From: Lytechinus pictus
Taxonomy: Eukaryota
DNA: 64,000 bases
NCBI RefSeq assembly: GCF_037042905.1
Contig: NC_087251.1
Location: 10,418,001-10,482,000, forward strand
Direction of reading: 5' to 3'
In this document: piece after piece, positions 1-14,538 of the stretch
Position numbering within the stretch: the first letter of the stretch is position 1
Layout of the letters: every line of letters starts with the position of its first letter
Translations under genes and position numbers: made by a program
Notes under the pieces: model-generated
Database searches by the model: none
Told to the model about the DNA's origin: nothing
The model's input: only the letters and a program-made list of their open reading frames with translations

Positions 1-155
1 ATCCGCTTGAAAAATCTATTCCGGGCGATTTCGAGACACTGGATAAAGAGACCCTTGGAAAGATTTTGGGGAAATTTTATGTGTCAAATTTTGGGGAAAT
101 TTATCAACACAGATTTTGGGGATTTTTTAAAATCAATTTACTATATAGGTAATAA

Positions 156-305
156 TAATAGTATTAACTGGCATAGAATGAGATACAAACCTATATTTCC
201 CTCTCTGAATCCAATATTGCCCAAGCCGAAGGCGCGGGCAATATTGGATTCACATAGGGCAATATAGGTTTGTATCTCATTCTATGCCAGTCAATATTAT
301 ATAAT
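156..305. repeat. Foldback palindrome with ~67-bp arms and a GCCGAAGGC loop; probable non-autonomous element
   Basis: ACTGGCATAGAATGAGATACAAACCTATATT...AATATTGCCC is followed by its near-perfect reverse complement GGGCAATATT...AATATAGGTTTGTATCTCATTCTATGCCAGT. Confidence 0.8.
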
Positions 306-1736
306 TAATCACATTCCTACCCCTTTGCCCCTATACACACACCCAGGGTCAGCTATTAATGTTCTATAGGTACTATGGAATACTTAAAACACAGCAACTC
401 ATTACAAGTAAATCTATACAATTGTCTGTGATAATGACTATGTTCATAAGACAAGTCACAGCTCCCATCCACCAATTAATACATTACATGAATATCACAC
501 TTATTCCATTGAAGATAAAGCAAAATCAGTTCAAGAAATAAGGAAACATATCCAGACGTTTAAATAAACAAAAATAATTTGTAGGCAAACTGCACACCAA
601 CATGAGTTATAAGACTGACCTTAAATTCTCTTCATGATGTTAGTGTTTGAAGAGAGCAAAACTTAGGTTCCAAATTCAATGTTTGCAGAATTACCAGTAT
701 TTCTTTTTAAGAAAAATCCATACCTTTCCATTACTTCAGAAAAAATAAATAAATTGACATATAATGAATGCTCCTTTTTGGTAGCTGGAAATGGGGCCTT
801 TAATACCTTTGAATGTTCTTGTAAAATAATTGAGATTCTCCTGTCAATATCATTCTAGTCTGAGACGCTATATCATAAACATCTGTAAAGTATTATCAAT
901 GCCTTCTATCTATAGGTTGATCAGAGGAACTATAACTGGGAGGAGGAACTCATGTCATATCTCATTGAATCATGTTCTGATTTACATGATGCACTCGACA
1001 GACATCAGAAAAAGAATAGTATAACACAATATAATTTCACTTCTATAAAAATGCATTTCCATCCATTAAAAAGTTTTATTACAACTTAAAAAAAAAAAAA
1101 TCCAAATACACAGGTCTTAATAAACAATTGAAGTTATCGGACGTAATGTGTAAAATACAAAATGGCAAAAATACCATCTAAATAGAATTTCACCTATGAT
1201 GTATTCTTCCATGTAATTTATTTTTTCTCTGATTTTTTGTCCAAAAGTGAAGGCAATGTAGACTAAGACTTTGGATATCAGCAGTAGATATCAACTAAGT
1301 ATAATTAGAGACCAACAACCAATTACTCATAATGAACCTCAGGAGATAGATAACAACTTCTGTACACATGTGACTTAATTCTATAATCAATCATCACATC
1401 TGCATGCAAGTAGACTTAACAAGACATCAGCACATGCAGCAAAGTAACGCACTGTGTCTACTTCATTTAAAAAGTCTATATTTCCCCCGATCTTTGGGTA
1501 TATAGAGCAAATCCCTTGGTATCAATTGAAATCATCACTCTTCTTTTCTCTTTCTCCTCTACTCCTTTAACTTCCATCACTTTCTTTCTTTTTAGGATGT
1601 TGTCTAACGCCCATACTTCTGAGTAGCGAGGCCGCTGGAAAAAACCCTTCTCCCAGAGTCTTTGTAACTGTGAGTCGGCCTGAGACCAAGGCCAGCAAAA
1701 TGTGGCCCAGGCTGGCCTTGAATACATCCCTGCAGT

Positions 1737-2600
1737 CTCTCTCTTTAAAATATCCTCCTCTCTTTCTCTCTCTCTCACCCCATCTCTCTCTTTCTTATCT
1801 CTCATGTTCTCTCTCTCTCTCCCTCTCCCTCTCTCCTTCAATCTCACAATATTGTCCCTCTCATTCCCATTTCCTATCTTTATTTTTTGTTTTCAATGGT
1901 GCCCCTCTCACTCTCATTCACATCTCCTATCTCTCATGTTCTTTTCTCTTTCCCCTTCTCCCTAATCTATTTTCCATCTCTCTCCTTCAATCTCATAATA
2001 TTGCCCCTCTTATTCCCATTTCCTATCCTTATTCCCCCCCCTTTTCCCCAGTCTATTTCCCCATCACTCCCCCTCTCCTTCAATCTCACAATATTGCCCC
2101 TCATATTCCCATTTCCTATCTTTATTTTTTGCCCCCCCCCTTTTCCCAACACTCCCCCTCTCTCTCTCCTTTAATCTCACAATATTGCCCCTCTCACTCC
2201 CATTTTCTATCTTTATTTTTGTTTTCTCTCCCCTTCTCCCCAGTCTATTTCCTCATCACCCCCCCCCCTCTCCTTCAATCTCACAATATTGCCCCTCTCA
2301 CTCCCATTTCCTCTCTTTATTTTTTGTTTTCTCTCCCCTTCTTCCCAGTCTATTTCCCCATCTCTCTCCTTCAATCTCACAATATTGCCCCTCTCACTCC
2401 CATTTCTTATCTCTTATTTTTTTGTTTTCTCTCCCCTTCTCCTCAGTCTATTTCTACGTCACTCCTCTCTCTCCTTCAATCTTAAAATGGTGCCCCTCTA
2501 ATCTCCTATCTATTATGTTCTCTTCTCTTTCCCCTTCTCCCAAGTATATTACCCATCTCTCCCCCTCTCTCTCTCCTTTCTAACTCACCATGCAGCCTCT
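1737..2600. repeat. Pyrimidine-rich minisatellite, ~90-110-bp units
   Basis: Repeated unit CTCCTTCAATCTCACAATATTGCCCCTCTCACTCCCATTTCCTATCTTTATTTTT with (CT)n tracts. Confidence 0.9.
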
Positions 2601-5600
2601 TTTACTCTCATTCTTCTTATCCTACATTCTTTCCACAAAGTAAACACTTGTAAGTTAAGGTTCTCTGAAGATTAAAAATAATTAGATTTAATATCAAAAG
2701 AAAGATAACTTGACTGAATTTCAATCATGGATATTATAAATTAGGAAGTCCTTCATGGGTACAAAACCTCTGAGAATACCAATAAACTGCCTCCTAGAGA
2801 TTTTGTATCTTCAATTTACTATCCTACTCTGTTTTAATTTGTGTAAAATTATGAACTAATCAAGCTGCATTTAAAATTTGACAGGTTCACCAGCTTGAAT
2901 ACAGCTTGGGGCGTCTGTAAGTTGAACCATGTGGTGTTAATGTAAGGTATACCATGTGTGAATAAAACAAGGCTATTGTAAATATACACATCTTCCATAA
3001 TGCTGAAACAGAATGAAATAATGGGAAACAGTTCTTAAATAAGTTCTACTACAGTTTTACAATAGTGTCATTAAATATAACAAATGTTTCATTTCCTGAC
3101 AGGAACAGGAATTTAAGATATAATTAAAGACAGTTATTCTTCTCTTTCATCCGCCTCTGATTCCTCCTCATCTTGCTCTTCCTCCTTAATCTTGTAATCC
3201 TGTATATATTTAAATGATGTGTGTGTAATATTCCTGGTCCTTTTTCAGAAAATTGGTCATAAAAAATTAAAGCTTCTGAAATACTAACTAAATTTGCCAT
3301 AGCAATTTCATATTTGTAATCAATAAAAGGTCTAAAGGAAAAATTGACAAAGTAGCTTATTGCTTGAGCATATAACCAAAAATAACTAAGAATTAGTATG
3401 TTGAACATTTATTCAACTCTTTAAAAATGTTTTGCCAGAGTAGGATAAATGGTATCAGAAATGCAGTAAAGATATCTTGAAGCATCCAATAATTCATGAT
3501 GGCTTACAAATATTTATCCTAACATTTAAAGTGAACTGGATGACTGATGGTCCATGGTATAACTAAGCTAAACGGGACAACATGGCAGTTCTTGTGGTGC
3601 AAATGAAGGAATATGGAATCCAAGAAGTTGGGCAGGCATTGGCAAAAATCCAAACATGTATTTTGCATGAAAAAAAAAACATATCAGGACGTCTTTTCCC
3701 CATTAGAGACTTCAGACATTTTCCTCTCATTGAATTACCTACATATACATTTATGGCAAGAGATCTATGGAAAAGATTGATTTTCTTTAACAAAACTTTT
3801 CTCAGGGGTGTTCCCCCTCCCCAGTAGCTCCATCGCTTCTATGACCAAGTCCAACAGACTTCATTTTAAGATGACATTGTTTTTGATTTGTAGTAACATG
3901 GGCTTGACTGAGGCCTACCATCAGTTTGAACTTGCATCGTAGCATAACTCTCATACCTTACATTCCAGCCAGTCAAGTCTCGCCAAATCCAGGCTTGGTT
4001 TGCCGTCACCTCCTTGGGACAACCCTACTTGGTTAACCCCATTAATACTGGACACATGATAAAGTCATTTATGGTTTTGGCTTGCATGAAACTGGGGGTT
4101 AATGCATGTTCTCAGGAACCTCATATCGTTTGATAAAACAACACATTCACTCGGATGTAAACTTTGTTGTTATTATTTAAATACTGGATGTCTTAGAAGA
4201 TTATAACCACTAAAGAAAATGGATTCCATGAATTTCTTTAATGGAAAAGGAACTTTGTCATAAAGTTTTTCCTGTACTTTTGTTTATATACTTTGCAGTA
4301 AGTAAAAGTAAAAGTCCTATACAATAGTAAAATGGAATCTAACCCTTTGACTCCTACCACCTGGGGATGATTCACTCACAGCTACAATAAATATAATAAA
4401 GCTATAATCTAATCATATCCCATTCCATTTGATTTGATCTAACTTTGAATTGATTATACCTGCTTGTGAATCATGATCATCCCTGACATTAGTACTCAAT
4501 GAGCTTTCAATAATATATATTTTGTTCTGCCAAGAAACTAAAATCCATTTCAATAGGGCCATTCCTTTAAGATCCAAAGTCAAGAGTAAATGGGCTAACT
4601 CCCTCCATACTAGCACCTACATCCAACACGTCCTCCCTAAGACTATCGCTAGGCAACATTATCCTACAGATTATACCCATGTGGGGTGCAACTACTCCAG
4701 CCCAGTGAGGAGGTAATTCTTCTACCATCAACTTGGAAGTGAGGGTTGTGTTTTGTTTGTGTACACGTCAAACAAACTGCAGGCAGCCGAAACAATTACT
4801 GTCTATCTCGATCAATGGACCAGCACCTATTAGACAGGAATTGATTAATTGGACCTGTCCTCAGACAATGCTCTTGCTGTGAATCTACTAGGGAACTTAA
4901 TTTGGATTTCTATTCTTTTTTGCAACACTCTCTTGTGTATCCAATGGGATTGAGGTCAGGTTGTTGAGATTTCTTCTTTGTGGATCACTTAATTTGGGGA
5001 TTTAGTCAAGCTATCTTGCAGGTAAAATTTTTTTTTTTACAAACCTTACAATTCTGTAAATTACTTTGTTACACATCTAGAAATATATTCTTTTGAAGAT
5101 ATGAGAAATTGAATTGCTGCAATCACCAATCCTGTGTAGTTTTAAAACTTTCTTAAGCTTGTATTTGAAATGATTTAACAACATGAATATTGTGTTTAAT
5201 CTATGTTGATCTATTTGGTATGATCCAGACATTCAGTAGTAGGCTCTTGAATATTTTGCTTTCATATAACTGAACATATCACAGAAACTGATATCTTATG
5301 AAGATATAAACATAGTCAAGCTTACATAAAGAACGAATCCTTATAGGATAAAAAAAACGACCTTTAATTCTGATTCATGTGTGAGATGTAATTTATATGC
5401 CACAGAGACAAATGGAAGAATTATATCACCAGGAAGTAGAGAACATTATGAAACGGTGATGTAGAGCCTAATAAGATGATTGGCTAAAATCCATCACATG
5501 ACCAATTATTCATTTTAGCTAAGAGTCATATTTGCTCATGATTGGTAACAATGACTACTTCTATTGACCGGTCATGGTTTTGAGGATGATATATTAAACA

Positions 5601-8009
5601 ATAGATGGTTCATTTCAAAACATTGTTATAACAACAAAATCTACAATAACATTTAAAAGCTACTGAAATCCTTCAAACCTGGTTGGCTGATGGAAAATTG
5701 GTTATAGAAATCGTGCCATGTTTTATTATAACAAGTGTTTATGAAACAGGACAAAGGAACTACAATACTATCTTATAAAACATATCATAATTTTCTTCAG
5801 GCATTAGAATTGCCCATACTTGTTACATTAGAAACGCCAATTGTTAGAATTGTTCCAGAAGTACCTTGCGCATGTAATTCTTACCAATACCTCTGATGTA
5901 TATTATTTGCATACTGCTGACTTATTAAATTGAGATATGACAAATTTTATTCCCTTTCAAATAACATTTTATCATGTCCATGGATCTGATGCCCATTAAA
6001 AAAAGAATTTTCCAGGACGGTTTATGGCAACTTTGCTTTATTGACAATACCATAGCAAAAAGGGCTCAGTAGTCAATGAAAAGTTACCCAATGTATGTAA
6101 ATTACTGGAAAAAAGGTTGCCATAATCATACATCATTTTGAAACTTCATCTACTTGTACAGTTACACTGACTTATGTTGCATCCAATGACAAACTACGTA
6201 GGCTAAACCCAACACATGGGTCTTTGATCACTGGTGTTAAGAGGTATTCATTTACAATTGAAATAGATAGTGTTTAGAGAATGATAACATATGACAGATG
6301 ACAAGTAGATGTTATGATAAGCTGGATACTTCATTACAATCATGGCCAGTGAAGGAGGATCATTTGATACTGAAGAGATCATCTTCACTCATGGTGCCAG
6401 TATTATCTATAGGCCTACAGTAGTGTTGATAGTACAACTCTTTGACATTATGAGGTAGATGAACTGCATAATAATCTATCTGAGAACAATTTTAGAGTAA
6501 GATCAAACCACATCTGGTTTCTCAAATTTCAATCATAATGAAAGTCAGGAATGTTATCAGAACTTTTGGGGATATTTACTAATTTATACCAGCAGATTAT
6601 ATGAAAATCATGAATATTATCAGAACATTTTGGGATATTTGATAATATAAACTGGCAGACTGGAAGATATTTGCCAGCATTTGACTTTTGTTTCTCAGGT
6701 TTTCATGTATAGTTGTTAAATTGTGCTGTTTTTTGTTATTAATTTGTGGACATAACAAATATTTTATTGAAAAAACTTTACAATCAAACATTATAAAACT
6801 TAGGATGAAAGATGGTTTATATTCCTCATTCATTCTTTCTATTTCCTTCCAAACAGAGGATAAGATGGGCATGAATAAAGGACGCTGCCTCAGAACAAGC
6901 TTAAAACTTCCTTTTTGTCTTATTCTAATTAGAAATGCTTATTATTCACTTCAGTTGACCATGTTTACCCCAATTAACCACATGTCCCTCGCTGACAGAC
7001 AGAAGCCATACCACATCCTTCATAGATCAAACTCAAGTATTTTACAAATGACATTGATCTAACCCTAACACAGGGAAAGGAAGATGAAAGAATGGAGTTT
7101 TCAAGCTTACCAAAAAAAAAACTTTTTAAAAGGATTTAAAAATTTCACATAGAAAAGGACAAGTAGAGAGTTGTTATGGGTAATCGTAATGAGATTCTGA
7201 TAACATCAAAAGAAATATCTGCACCACTTTACTTTATGCACTCTTAGAAATTATCAATTTGTTGGACATCTCACAAGAAATGTTTGATACATTTCACAGA
7301 TATTATCCTTTCAGGTTTTTTAAAAAGAAAATTGTTGATTGTTATCTCTTGTGTGCTCTAATCTATACTCATGGCAAAATATGAATTTCAAAATCTTTTA
7401 CAATAGATGATTAAAGGTAGTCAACAGATCAATTAATCCTTCGCAATTTTTATTTTTTTGTTGTTGAATGTCACCAAACGATTCCAAGCATGCTTTATAC
7501 TAATAAAGTTGGTTGACTATAGGGACTGTGACAGAAACCAAATGGTTAAGATGCACCAGAAGGTATTCCAATTTGTGCATCTAGAATAGAGCAACATGGA
7601 GTTCCGATTTCAAATGTTCTATTTATATACAGACACCCTACCTTAGTAGTCAGACGACTCCTATCATAGATCATGTTTTGAATTGGTTACTTAGTCTTTG
7701 ATCAGACCTCACTTCTTTATGATGTCAGCATATATCAATTAGTTTCATATCTGGATCTGTGTATAACAAAGAATCCTAATCACTTTTAACGATATACATT
7801 TCTTTAAAAGATTAAGCCTAAAAATTTTTCAAAAAGTTTTTTTTATTATTCAACCTTAGTCTTACAGAATTTCAGATGAAATCAGTATTCACTGCAAAAA
7901 CATTAATTTATCTTTAATTATCCTCCCACCAAGCATACTTTGTCTGAATATCAGAATATAAGAAAATAAAGAGTTTTCAACAGAAATAAATTTTAATAGG
8001 AGCAATTGA

Positions 8010-9380
8010 AATTAAAGGATAAATTTTTCAAACCTTTGATGAAGATTAAATTATAGCCACTTCCTGGCTTGATCTATATTAAACTTTCTTCAAATAATAT
8101 CCTTGGTACTTGTAGGCAAATAAAACTACATTATTTGCTATAAATCCATAACTGAAAGCATCAAAATGCTGCTTTATTCATAACTGGCAAACTAAAAAAA
8201 ATATTGCAATAATTGGCTGAAAAAGCAAAGTTGTTTTTTTTTATTGAAAATATATTTAATCTGCATTCACTCACATCTTTGTTAGATATGAACATTTTAT
8301 AATGGTACATATTTTGGATCTTAATTTTTCCCTAGTAATGTCTAGTATGATGTTCATCTACATTTCTGACCAAGACAAGAAGATTGAAAAACTAAAAAAA
8401 CTCAGTAAAGTTTAGAATTAGAGGTTTATTTTCTAGCTGGATGTTTACTTGTTTTAATGTGGAAGAGCAACGGGAATGTCAATGTCCGAATTAGCTTAAG
8501 ATTTCCGCTTAATGTGGGGAGGTTGAAAGCCATGAATCGGTGCATACTCTTCTATTCTGTTAATTACAATTGTTTAACCCACTCATGAAGCCTGAATGGG
8601 CAAAAAGACTTAATGAGTAAAAAAAAAAATGAACTTCCCATCACAGCTCTTCTGTATATTATAAATTTATAACTAGATTTTTGTACTAAAGTTTCCTGAA
8701 ACTAAATGATAGATCAATTTCTTTAAACCTTTGATGAAGACTTAAAACCTTTGCTAATTACAGCCACTTCATGGCTTGAACTACATTTACTTCCTTACTA
8801 AAAATCATATCCTTGGTACTTTTCGGCAAAGAAAAAATAATTTGCTTTTACTCCAAAATTGACTGTGTAACAAGAAATCTTTTAAAAATAAAAACCTACT
8901 TATCTTTTAAAAAAATGTAAAGAATTGATTTAAACATATGAATACTGTTGTTCTTTTTTAATGAAAATAAATTCAATAAGCATTGGCACACATCTTTGTA
9001 AGATATGAACATTTTATAATGATATATATTTCAAACTTATTGTTCCCCCAAATGTCCAGTATGATGTGCAACTATATTTCTGGCCAAGACTAGAGAATTG
9101 AAAAACCTCAATTTGGGGGAAGTTTTTTTAGAGGTTTATCATCAAGCTGGATGTTTACTTGTTTTAGTGTGGAAGAGCATCAGGAATGTCAATGTCCGAA
9201 TTAGCTTAAGATTTCCGCTTAATGTGGGGAGGTTGAAAGCCATAAATCGGTGCATATTCTTCCCTTCCATTAATAACAATTGTTTAACCCACTCATGAAG
9301 CCTAAATGGGCAAAAAGATTTAATAATTAATAAAAGTTTTTTTTTTAAATGAACTCTCCCTCACAGATCTTCCATAATTA
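8010..9380. repeat. Diverged tandem duplication, two ~690-bp units (~8010-8665 and ~8700-9380)
   Basis: Colinear similarity from AAACCTTTGATGAAGA through ATGAACT..CC.TCACAG; both units share an identical ~60-bp core. Confidence 0.85.
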
Positions 9381-10496
9381 CATTTTTGTGTGTATACTGA
9401 ATCTTCCTGTGCAGTACCCCCACTCTGATAATTCTACTCTTCTTGCCCTTCCACATCTCTAATCATTTTCCAAAGTAACAAGCAGAAATTCCCTTCTCAA
9501 TGGGGCGTAATCAACAGTCTGGAGATGAATTAATACCCACCAGCAAGAACCCCATGTTTTGATATATCTATGCCTTGGGTGACAGTACATGGGCTTCAGA
9601 ATGTTGCTATTTCAGAAAACAATTGAGCTATCATATTCGTGTAACTTCACTATAATAATTTTGGAAGTAGGAATCTTGTCATTTTGTCCTCAGATATTTA
9701 TTAATTGAATTTTGATCTTAAGAATAATGCATTTTTCTTGACGAAATTTAACTTCCCATTCTACCTTCCACTAATTCAAATTTATCAATACACCGTGTCT
9801 AGTCTGCAGGCACAGACCCTGATTGAAACTTTGATCAACAAGTGTGTCTCCATGCAAAGACCAGCACATACAAAACTTGCTGTTTCAATTTGTGCCCAAC
9901 TTCGAAAGATGAAGCGGACCCTGGGCGAGAGGGCCTTCAGTACACAAGGCACAAGGCATGAGTAGGCTGCAATTCAGACCCATAACTCGAGTGAAGGGTT
10001 TGCACAGCAGACTACACTGTGTCCTTAATCTCCATTCCACCCCCCCCCCCCCCGTGTCAAGGTCTAATCTCATTTACTAAAAAACAAGCTTTCTCACAAT
10101 ACATTTTCTCTTGACCTAATCATGATAATTACATCATGAAAGACTGGGAAACCAATTTCAATTTTCGCTACAAACTTGATACATAATCATAAACCAAGCA
10201 TTTTTTTCTTACATTTTATTCTTCCCTTACATATCAACACGTAGACTGTATGTATAAGGGATATTGATGTGTTCTTCTATTGCATTTTTTTTCACTTGTA
10301 TTTACTCTTGTCTTCAGTTCTTTGATATTACTTCATACAGTCTCAAGAACAAGATTTCTTGTCTTCTCTCTCACATTATACAGGTCATCTGATTTGCTGC
10401 ATTTCAGCAATTATTTCTAACTGTTGGATAAGTCTGACCAACTACTCAGTCTACTGGACATCGATTTCCATTTCATTACTGACCACTAAACCAAGG

Positions 10497-11504
10497 ATGT
10501 ATGTAAAAATAGGAGTTGTAGCCTGTATTGTCTTGTTTTCATTGATTGGTTTGGTGAGTACAAGTCCTATAAATCATATGCAACATTATTAATGTTATTT
10601 CAGATTAATTTTAAGTTTCTTGAGAAGCATAAATTCAACAATAAGTCATGTTCTGCTCTTGGAGAAGAAAATACCCTCAAAGACCCACCTTGGTAGAACC
10701 ATATCAATGTGGGCTTATAATTTTGGAGCTTCTGATGCAGTGAACTAAATGTATCAAAGTGTATATATTATGTGAAAGAGTCTTGAAATTTGGTGAAAAA
10801 AATTGATAATCTTTCACCGGACTCTAAATATTTCACAATTAATCGCCAAAGAGCAGCATTACATAGAATAGAAGACTTGAAAGAAGAATACATCAAAAAA
10901 TTATTATTTGCTTGTTTGCTCTTTCAATACTATAGAAATTTCTCATCGAAATATTCCTCTCTTATCCCCTATAAATAAACCTCTTCAGTTTTCTTCACCA
11001 CTGTCATCTCTGATACACACTTAATTCTTTTTCTTTTCATGCTCTCTTTATCCCAATCTCATGTTTTGCCTCCAATTCTATTTTTTCTATTCAAATGAGT
11101 GCATGTCAAAGAGCTTCAGTATGTCTGTTTTAAGGCTATTTTACAATTTTGCGGTACTAAACACTTATTCATTTAATTCTATTTTCTTAAATTTCTCCTC
11201 TTATTTCTTTTATACTCATGTATTTCCCTCTAAATCATTGTTCCTCTCTAACAATTTTTAAATGTTTCTTATTCACTTTTATCCTGAATTGTCTCCGAGA
11301 AACCTTTATATTTTTGTATCATTCCTCCCTATGCAGTGGATGTCAGAGGTTGGTTTCTTCTCAATGTTTCTCATAGCAACAATGGTCTTCTCCGCTATGT
11401 TGGTAGCCATGGGTTTTGATCATGCCATGATAGCTTACAGCAAGACTCATGTTTCACCAGACAGAAGAGCATCAAGACTTCCAGATCTCAATAAGGACCA
11501 GTAA
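10497..11504 (+). CDS. Candidate spliced gene for a 74-aa hydrophobic protein (exons 10497-10553 and 11337-11504)
   Basis: ATG exon MYVKIGVVACIVLFSLIGL ends at a GTGAGT donor. A pyrimidine-rich acceptor (TTCCTCCCTATGCAG) opens an in-phase exon WMSEVGFFSMFLIATMVFSAMLVAMGFDHAMIAYS...KDQ*. There is also an upstream acceptor at 10383. No homology recognised. Confidence 0.4.
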
Positions 11505-12970
11505 CCACAAGCAGTCCATCCTTTTAGTTCTTGTTAGAGATGTCTTGCAGGAAAGATGGCTCCCAGCACCCCAGTTCATCAACAATTACTCTGTGACATA
11601 TGGCTCCATGATATATGCCATAGTAACAGTAGCTGTGGTTGTTCCTACAGCCTCAAAGCATGACATTCAATAATAAATATTCTGCAAAATTTGCTCCAAC
11701 ATCAAAAGCTCTGACCAAAGTTGATGCTTACCAGTTAAGCATTAGAGCAAAAGGAAGGACGAAGGTTTGACTGCCTTTGCAAAAGGGATATAGACAGTTT
11801 TGCTATGTGGGATAATTTGTAGCCATATTAATTTTCATATCTTCAAGAATGATCACTCGTAAGGTATGAACATATTTTGCTGGCAGATATAAGTGCTTAC
11901 AGATTTCCATGCACTGGTATAAGCAAAATATATTGCAAATAACAAAATTCATTAGGAGGAATATTTATGATAATCATAAAGAATCACATGCCAAATGAAT
12001 GCATGATGGTTGCACACACCAAAAAAAAAAAGCTAGAATGAAACCAGAAAATAAAAATGCAAATATATAAGAGAGCAATATCACAAACTTGGTTTAAAAG
12101 TTTGAAACTAATCAATAAAATATGTTGTATATAGTATTTGTAAAACAAAATTCAGTCTTCCAGGAAAAAAGGTGACTTTAAAATTGTAGGCAAAAAAATA
12201 TAACTTTGGCAGAAAGACTGATCCCTATTTCATAGCAACAAAACAAAATAGATATATGGAAAACTATCAGGAACAATTGAAATATTCTTTTTTTTTCTAG
12301 CAAACAGATCCACATTTCATAACTTTATACAACAATTTATAAAATGCATTTTTGTGATTTGCAGTTGTTCTGCAATAAACTAGCAGCAAAGGCTTTTACT
12401 CACTGCTTTCTGCCCCCAAAAAATATTAAATAAAAATGGGCATTTAAAATGTATGATTATGACTTATAAGGCAGTATGAACAGAAATTAGAGAACATCCG
12501 ATATTAGATATTGCTTTATGATGTTATCAATTCAAAAGAATAAGATCATAATAATTTTTAATTTTACCGATAATTCTTGATGACATTATATAATTGCTTG
12601 TTTCATGGTAAATTTGATTAAAAGAAGCAATTCACCTTATTCTAACCCAAATAAGATTTATGAAATAATAAAATAGGAACTTAAGTATAATTGACAAAAA
12701 CTCAAAATGACTAACATCAGAGTTTTCTTTTTTTACATTCACACCATCTATGTTAATTGTAAATTCATTACAAAAAATGGTTTGTACAGGATAACCAATT
12801 TTACAGGAAAGAGTCAAGAAGAAAGAATGTGTTCTTCAATACGACAAAAGATATGTGCTTATGAATTATCAAATATTTACTACTAATGCCCACCCTAAAT
12901 AAAGGAGTAGAAGTTAAACCATTAAAAGCATTGCTTTTTTCATGCATAACATTACTAGTATATGGATATA

Positions 12971-13200
12971 CAAAGGTGCTCAAAAGTTAGTGAACCTCAC
13001 CAGAAAATGAACAAATATAAATTGTTCACTTTCTACCATATTATAGACATTTAATTGTGAAGTCAGGTGATAAAATATTACATTCAATTAAGTTTGTTTC
13101 TCTGGGTTCGCCAAACATAATAGTGCTTTTTGTCTAAATTCAACACTCAGCATGAATGAGTGCTTTTTTGGTGGGGTTCACCAACTTTTGAGATTGACTG
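12971..13200. mobile_element. Tc1/mariner-type MITE
   Basis: TA-flanked; TIR CTCAAAAGTTAGTGAACCTCACCA / TGGTGGGGTTCACCAACTTTTGAG. Confidence 0.6.
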
Positions 13201-13879
13201 TATGTCCCAATGTGTGAAAATTGTACATTTTCAAACATTAGCAACCAGGCACATACAGTTCATAATCAATTCACTGTAAAGAATAAGTTGTGATAAATAG
13301 TATACAATGACCAGTTGTATTTTGGTAACCCTTAACAAGGAGCAAAATGAGTTGAGAATTGATACATATTTCTCAAAGCAATTAATGGTAAAAATATAAC
13401 CCTTCCGTCTTCCACCAATCAAATTGTCATTAGTGCTTTTAGAGCTTGAATAATTGTGTTTTAAAAGCAAAAAAAAAAACGTTTTCATTTGCATTGTAAA
13501 TACCATGTGGTTTGTGTAACTGTCTCAATCAATCTTGATATTTAGACTGCTATGTATTAAATCCTTTATTTGTTCAGTCTTTTTCAATAAGATGGCATTA
13601 AATTCTAAGAAATGCATAATGCCACTCACTTGTTGTGACAGTTTGCGATTATCAATGGAGTTCTTTGAGCGAAACATGAATGGCCGCTTGTCTAAACAAG
13701 TAAGTTGTAACATGTATTCCCATTTTTTAAATTCAAATTTTCATCTACTGATAACTTGTATCATTCAAATGTTTCATTCTGTTGCAATTCACGCTTTATT
13801 TTACCTTAATTCATATAAAGAAGATCATATCATTATCCTTATCATTATCAACATTCAGTTGATATTGATAAAGACTATG

Positions 13880-14538
13880 TATCATTGGCGGTCATCCGAA
13901 CCATTGTATCACACAAACGACAGTGCAAACCCATTTCAGTGAAAATCAACTTCAAAGTTCACTGTAATTTTCACTTAGTTCCCCAGCCTTACAACATATT
14001 CATTGCTATAAAAATACATGGTTAGAAAGACCAAGACAATTGCTTGACATTGGTATCTTTTTTTACAAAAAAAAAACCAAGGATCAGAGAAAATATCGCA
14101 AAAGAGCTACATGTACATGCTTGTAATTTTGGTTTGAGTGGTTTAGATTTTCCCCAGGTACAAAAACGCCATAGGCTATACAACAACGCTGACCATGATT
14201 TCAATGCGTCAAAACGTCATATCTCTTTTTCACCTGCAAACTCAATGCAATGCTGATACGACGGTTTGACTGACAGCGCATTTGCATATTAAGTGCATGC
14301 AGCTGTTATTTGCTTTGCTATGGTACTTGTTTAATATGGGATTTGCGCATTTTATCAACAATTTGCATGGCATCGCCATGAAAATCCCCACATATCTCAG
14401 AAACTAAAATACATTGCTGCCTAGAAATTTAGTTGGGAAAAGGATAGGAAATGTACTTTCATTTTCTGCAAAAATCTCAAAATTGTTTTTTTATACTAAA
14501 ATTGACTGATATGACGGTTCGAATGAACGCCGACGATA
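13880..14538. mobile_element. Non-autonomous TIR element (MITE)
   Basis: TATCATTGGCGGTCATCCGAACC is an imperfect reverse complement of GGTTCGAATGAACGCCGACGATA. Confidence 0.55.

Noticed and set aside
1597..1670. Possible internal exon (TTTTAG...GTGAGT)
   Set aside because: Good splice-like sites but no recognisable product and no partner exons
1476..2583. Long ORFs of up to 271 aa over the CT-rich repeat
   Set aside because: Low-complexity translations of a minisatellite that lacks stop codons by composition
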